Assembly (NCBI RefSeq): GCF_022045235.1
Contig: NW_027266275.1
Coordinates: 372,001 to 436,000, forward strand
Source of the DNA: Haliotis cracherodii
Taxonomy: Eukaryota
Direction: 5' to 3'
DNA: 64,000 bases
Under the pieces are notes generated by a model that did no database searches, was not told the origin of the DNA, and worked only from the letters and a program-made list of their open reading frames with translations. The translations under genes were made by a program, and so were the position numbers. Shown one piece after another: positions 52,601 through 58,600 of this stretch (position 1 is its first letter; every line of letters begins with the position of its first letter).

Positions 52601-55600
52601 AAGCCTGGTGTATTCTACATGTAATACTACCCAGGTGGCAAGGTGTGTCTCACTGTACAAGACTTGTGTATTCTACATGTTATACTACCCAGGTGGCAAG
52701 GTGTGTCTCACTGTACAAGACTGGTGTATTCTACATGTAATACTACCCAGGTGGCAAGGTGTGTCTCACTGTACAATACTGGTGTATTCTACATGTAATA
52801 CTACCCAGGTGGCAAGTTGTAGTTGTGTCTCACTGTACAAGACTGATGTATTCTACATGTAATACTACCCAGGTGGCAAGGTGTGTCTCACTGTACAATA
52901 CTGGTGTATTCTACATGTAATACTACCCAGGTGGCAAGGTGTGTCTCACTGTACAAGACTGATGTATTCTACATGTAATACTACCCAGGTGGCAAGGTGT
53001 GTCTCACTGTACAAGACTGATGTATTCTAAATGTAATACTACCCAGGTGGCAAGGTGTGTCTCACTGTACAATACTGGTGTATTCTACATGTAATACTAC
53101 CCAGGTGGCAAGTTGTAGTCGTGTCTCACTGTACAAGACTGATGTATTCTACATGTAATACTACCCAGGTGGTAAGTTGTGTCTCACTGTACAAGACTGA
53201 TGTATTCTACATGTAATACTACCCAGGTGGCAAGGTGTGTCTCACTGTACAAGACTGATGTATTCTACATGTAATACTACCCAGGTGGCAAGGTGTGTCT
53301 CACTGTACAATACTGGTGTATTCTACATGTAATACTACCCAGGTGGCAAGGTGTGTCTCACTGTACAAGACTGATGTATTCTACATGTAATACTACCCAG
53401 GTGGCAAGGTGTGTCTCACTGTACAAGACTGATGTATTCTACATGTAATACTACCCAGGTGGCAAGGTGTGTCTCACTGTACAATACTGGTGTATTCTAC
53501 ATGTAATACTACCCAGGTGGCAAGTTGTAGTTGTGTCTCACTGTACAAGACTGATGTATTCTACATGTAATACTACCCAGGTGGCAAGGAGTGTCTCACT
53601 GTACAAGACTGATGTATTCTACATGTAATACTACCCAGGTGGTAAGTTGTAGGTGTGTCTCACTGTACAAGACTGATGTATTCTACATGTTATACTACCC
53701 AGGTGGCAAGGTGTGTCTCACTGTACAATACTGGTGTATTCTACATGTAATACTACCCAGGTGGTAAGTTGTAGTTGTGTCTCACTGTACAAGACTGATG
53801 TATTCTACATGTAATACTACCCAGGTGGTAAGTTGTAGTTGTGTCTCACTGTACAAGACTGATGTATTCTACATGTAATACTACCCAGGTGGCAAGTTGT
53901 AGTTGTGTCTCACTGTACAAGTCTGATGTATTCTAAATGTAATACTACCCAGGTGGCAAGTTGTAGTTGTGTCTCACTGTACAAGACTGATGTATTCTAC
54001 ATGTAATACTACCCAGGTGGTAAGTTGTAGGTGTGTCTCACTGTACAAGACTGATGTATTCTACATGTAATACTACCCAGGTGGCAAGGTGTGTCTCACT
54101 GTACCAGACTGATGTATTCTACATGTAATACTACCCAGGTGGCAAGGTGTGTCTCACTGTACAAGACTGATGTATTCTACATGTAATACTACCCAGGTGG
54201 TAAGTTGTAGGTGTGTCTCACTGTACAAGACTGATGTATTCTACACGTAATACTACCCAGGTGGTAAGTTGTGTCTCACTGTACAAGACTGATGTATTCT
54301 ACATGTAATACTACCCAGGTGGCAAGTTGTAGTTGTGTCTCACTGTACAAGACTGATGTATTCTACATGTAATACTACCCAGGTGGCAAGGAGTGTCTCA
54401 CTGTGCAAGACTGATGTATTCTACATGTAATACTACCCAGGTGGCAAGGTGTGTCTCACTGTACAAGACTGATGTATTCTACACGTAATACTACCCAGGT
54501 GGCAAGTTGTAGGTGTGTCTCACTGTACAAGACTGATGTATTCTACATGTAATACTACCCAGGTGGTAAGTTGTAGGTGTGTCTCACTGTACAAGACTGA
54601 TGTATTCTACATGTAATACTACCCAGGTGGTAAGTTGTAGGTGTGTCTCACTGTACAAGACTGATGTATTCTACATGTAATACTACCCAGGTGGTAAGTT
54701 GTGTCTCACTGTACAAGACTGATGTATTCTACATGTAATACTACCCAGGTGGTAAGTTGTAGTTGTGTCTCACTGTACAAGACTGATGTATTCTACATGT
54801 AATACTACCCAGGTGGCAAGGTGTGTCTCACTGTACAATACTGGTGTATTCTACATGTAATACTACCCAGGTGGCAAGGAGTGTCTCACTGTACAAGACT
54901 GATGTATTCTACATGTAATACTACCCAGGTGGTAAGTTGTGTCTCACTGTACAAGACTGATGTATTCTACATGTAATACTACCCAGGTGGTAAGTTGTAG
55001 TTGTGTCTCACTGTACAAGACTGATGTATTCTACACGTAATACTACCCAGGTGGCAAGGTGTGTCTCACTGTACAAGACTGATGTATTCTACATGTAATA
55101 CTACCCAGGTGGCAAGGTGTGTCTCACTGTACAAGACTGATGTATTCTACACGTAATACTACCCAGGTGGCAAGGTGTGTCTCACTGTACAAGACTGATG
55201 TATTCTACATGTAATACTACCCAGGTGGCAAGGTGTGTCTCACTGTACAAGACTGATGTATTCTACACGTAATACTACCCAGGTGGCAAGGTGTGTCTCA
55301 CTGTACAAGACTGATGTATTCTACATGTAATACTACCCAGGTGGTAAGTTGTAGGTGTGTCTCACTGTACAAGACTGATGTATTCTACATGTAATACTAC
55401 CCAGGTGGCAAGGTGTGTCTCACTGTACACGACTGATGTATTCTACATGTAATACTACCCAGGTGGCAAGTTGTTGGAGTATCTGGCAAACTCCTGCAAG
55501 GCAAGGTACAGCTCAAACAAGGTGGTGCCCATGGTTTGGGGTGGGGCGCCCAAGCTGTCCAGTTCCCGGTCGCAGTCCATCTTCTTGAGGATGACAGAGA

Positions 55601-58600
55601 TATCCTGGTTGACTTCTTCGCCAAGCTAGGGAGGGGCACAATATAAAAACAGGTGATAACTTACACTTCAACTCACAGGGGAACAGGTGATAACTTACAC
55701 TTCAACTCACAGGGGGACAGGTGATCACTTACACTTCAACTCTAAGGGGGACAGGTGATCACTTACATTTCAACTCACAGGGGCACAAGAGAACAGGTGA
55801 TAACTCACACTTCAACTCACAGGGGGACAGGTGATGACTTACACTTCAACTCACAGGGGGACAGGTGATGACTTACACTTCAACTCACAGGGGGACAGGT
55901 GATGACTCACACTTCAACTCACAGGGGGACAGGTGATGACTTACACTTCAACTCACAGGGGGCCACGTGATGACTACAGGGGGCCACATGATGACTTACA
56001 CTTCAACTCACAGGAGAACAGAGAAAAAAGGGGAGATAACTCACACTTTAATAACAAGATAGGGGGACAAGAGAATGGAAATCATTGGAAATTATTCTCA
56101 CCTTAACCAACTTTTGGGTGACAAAACAAGGGAGATGAGAGCACATAGTTTATACTTAACTCATCTCTGAGGACCAGATTGGAGATTAGGGGAGATAACT
56201 CACAGTTCACCCTTACACTGAGGTGTAAGTGGGAAGATCAGGGGAGATAACTTGCATTCTACCAAACTATGGGGCAATCTGCCAAACAGAGGGCGCTGTC
56301 ATAACTTTTTTTACGGGCTTGACTGAAATAACCTAACGTGAGATTGGCTATGGAGCACAAGATCAGGGTACTTCACTCATCTAGTGTACCACTAGACAGA
56401 CTTCAATAGGCCTACCCCCTCCCTATAACACCCTAATGAATATGCAAATTAGTAATATTTTATTTTTATTAACACCCCCTCCCTATATCACCCTAACCCT
56501 CCCTATTTCACCCTCCCACCTCCCTATAACACCCTCCAACCTCACTATAACACTCTCCAACCTCACTATAACACATTTATGAAAATTCAAATTAGTAATA
56601 TTTTATTTTTATTAACACCCCCTCCCTATTATCACCCTCACCCTCCCTATTTCACCCTCCCACCTCCCTATAACACCCTCCAACCTCACTATAACACCCT
56701 CCAACCTCACTATAACACATTTATGAAAATTCAAATTAGTAATATTTTATTTTTATTAACACCCCCTCCCTATTTCACCCTCCCACCTCCCTATAACACT
56801 CTCCAACCTCACTATAACACATTTATGAAAATGCAAATTAATAATATTTTATTTGATAAAATAGAGCATTGTCATTGTGGCAGATGACCTACAGTCCCCA
56901 CGTGCATTGGACAGAGAACACGAAATCACACGCCAGACATGCTGCTACAACTGAATTGTCCCATGATGAGTCCTCGCTCCCTCCACTTGACACCATCATC
57001 ATTACACAGCTTCTTTCTGGTAATTACCACCCAGATGTTAATCTGGTACTTCCAGCGCTAAACTTGCTAACTACCGTTACTTTACACACAGAGTAAATTG
57101 TAGCTGTAACAAGGCAATATACAACCTCTATGAGCAGACTGTTAGTAGATACATGCTGTTAGTGGAACCAGACAGTACTAAGTCAGTATCACACAAACAA
57201 ATATAAGTTAGTCATGGTCTACTTACTGTTAACATCTCACGTGAAGTTACGAGCAAGTTTGTGTACAACAGACACAACGATAAAAAATATGATGGTAGAT
57301 TTCATAAGAAATGTGTATGGTTAGTTTGCATCTAGAAAAGAAAGCTTGTTAGACAAATGTTTACATCTTACATACTGACTGAAAAAGAAATTAATGAAGA
57401 AACAAATAACATCTATAGTGAATGTGAGTGAGAAATTGCCATGTTGTGGATGGGTGGAGCCACCGCAGCCGACACCTCCAAGTGACTCACACTCCTCCAC
57501 AAGATGTCATTGAAGCTTGGAGGCTTTTTTATTCAAGGAATTGAAAAATATTTTATAGTGGCATAAATAAATATTGAGGGAATTTTGAGACATAACGATG
57601 TTGATTATTATGTTATTGAGTATTTTCAAGATTGAACATAGAAAGATTGCCCACTGTTTTCACTGTCTTGTACTGACTTACTTAGAAATATTGTTCTACT
57701 TTCTTGTTCTTGTCCCTCGAATATCAAAACCATGTCTACCTGCAAGCCTTTTAGAGACATTTCATACAACAGGTAGAACTTGCACATAGATCATATGTGG
57801 ATCATACAGGGTAAATGCTGTCAAGGATGTGGTGTAGATCGTCAACTCGGAACTTCTTAAACATTATTATGATTTTCAGGTCATTGCCTGAACGTGTGAC
57901 ACAGGTCTGAGTCTGTGACTTGTGCCACCATTTTATTCCCTGCCATAGTAAACTGTGTTGCTCTCTGTGTATTAATTATCAATACATGAACAAAGCTCAT
58001 GGTGTGACATATGTCCCCAGTAGGTTGCATATGTCTTGATTGAAGATTTTGTGCATGAATCATTGATGTGGTGAATGTGCACACAACAAACTTGTGAACA
58101 TCTATAGCTACTCTAGGTCTAAGATTCATTCTGATGTCTTCATAACTAGCTAATCTATCATTCCAATATAAAAGTTTCATAGTGTTTAAAACATAGGACA
58201 TGACATTTAGAATTATCTGAACTGATATTTAAAAAAAAAGTTAGTGTCTGAAATGGTTGTTTAGTTGCTGAAATGAATGCAGTCGTCAGAACAAAGCAGT
58301 TACATCGGACGTGAACTGGTCTGCTCAGTAATGTCATTGAACTGATGCCTGGCCAAGTATCTACCGGTAGTCTTGAAAACATGACCGCAGCTGTCATTAA
58401 CTTTGAGATTTACGTAGTCTGTTTAACCACTCACCATATACTCCTACACACTCATAGCGGTTAATAAACTGCAAAACCAAAAGGACTACAGTTATCTCGG
58501 CCAGACATGCAGCGGACTGACTGCCTCCACAGCGCTTTGGCTGGACCCACTCGACCTGGTAACACCCAATGATAGTGATCCAAGATAAAAACAGAGCTGA

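Noticed and set aside
57681-57740. Exon-like segment (ttgcag|...|gtaagt) on the minus strand
   Set aside because: Not frame-preserving with neighbouring exons and no resemblance to BAIAP3.
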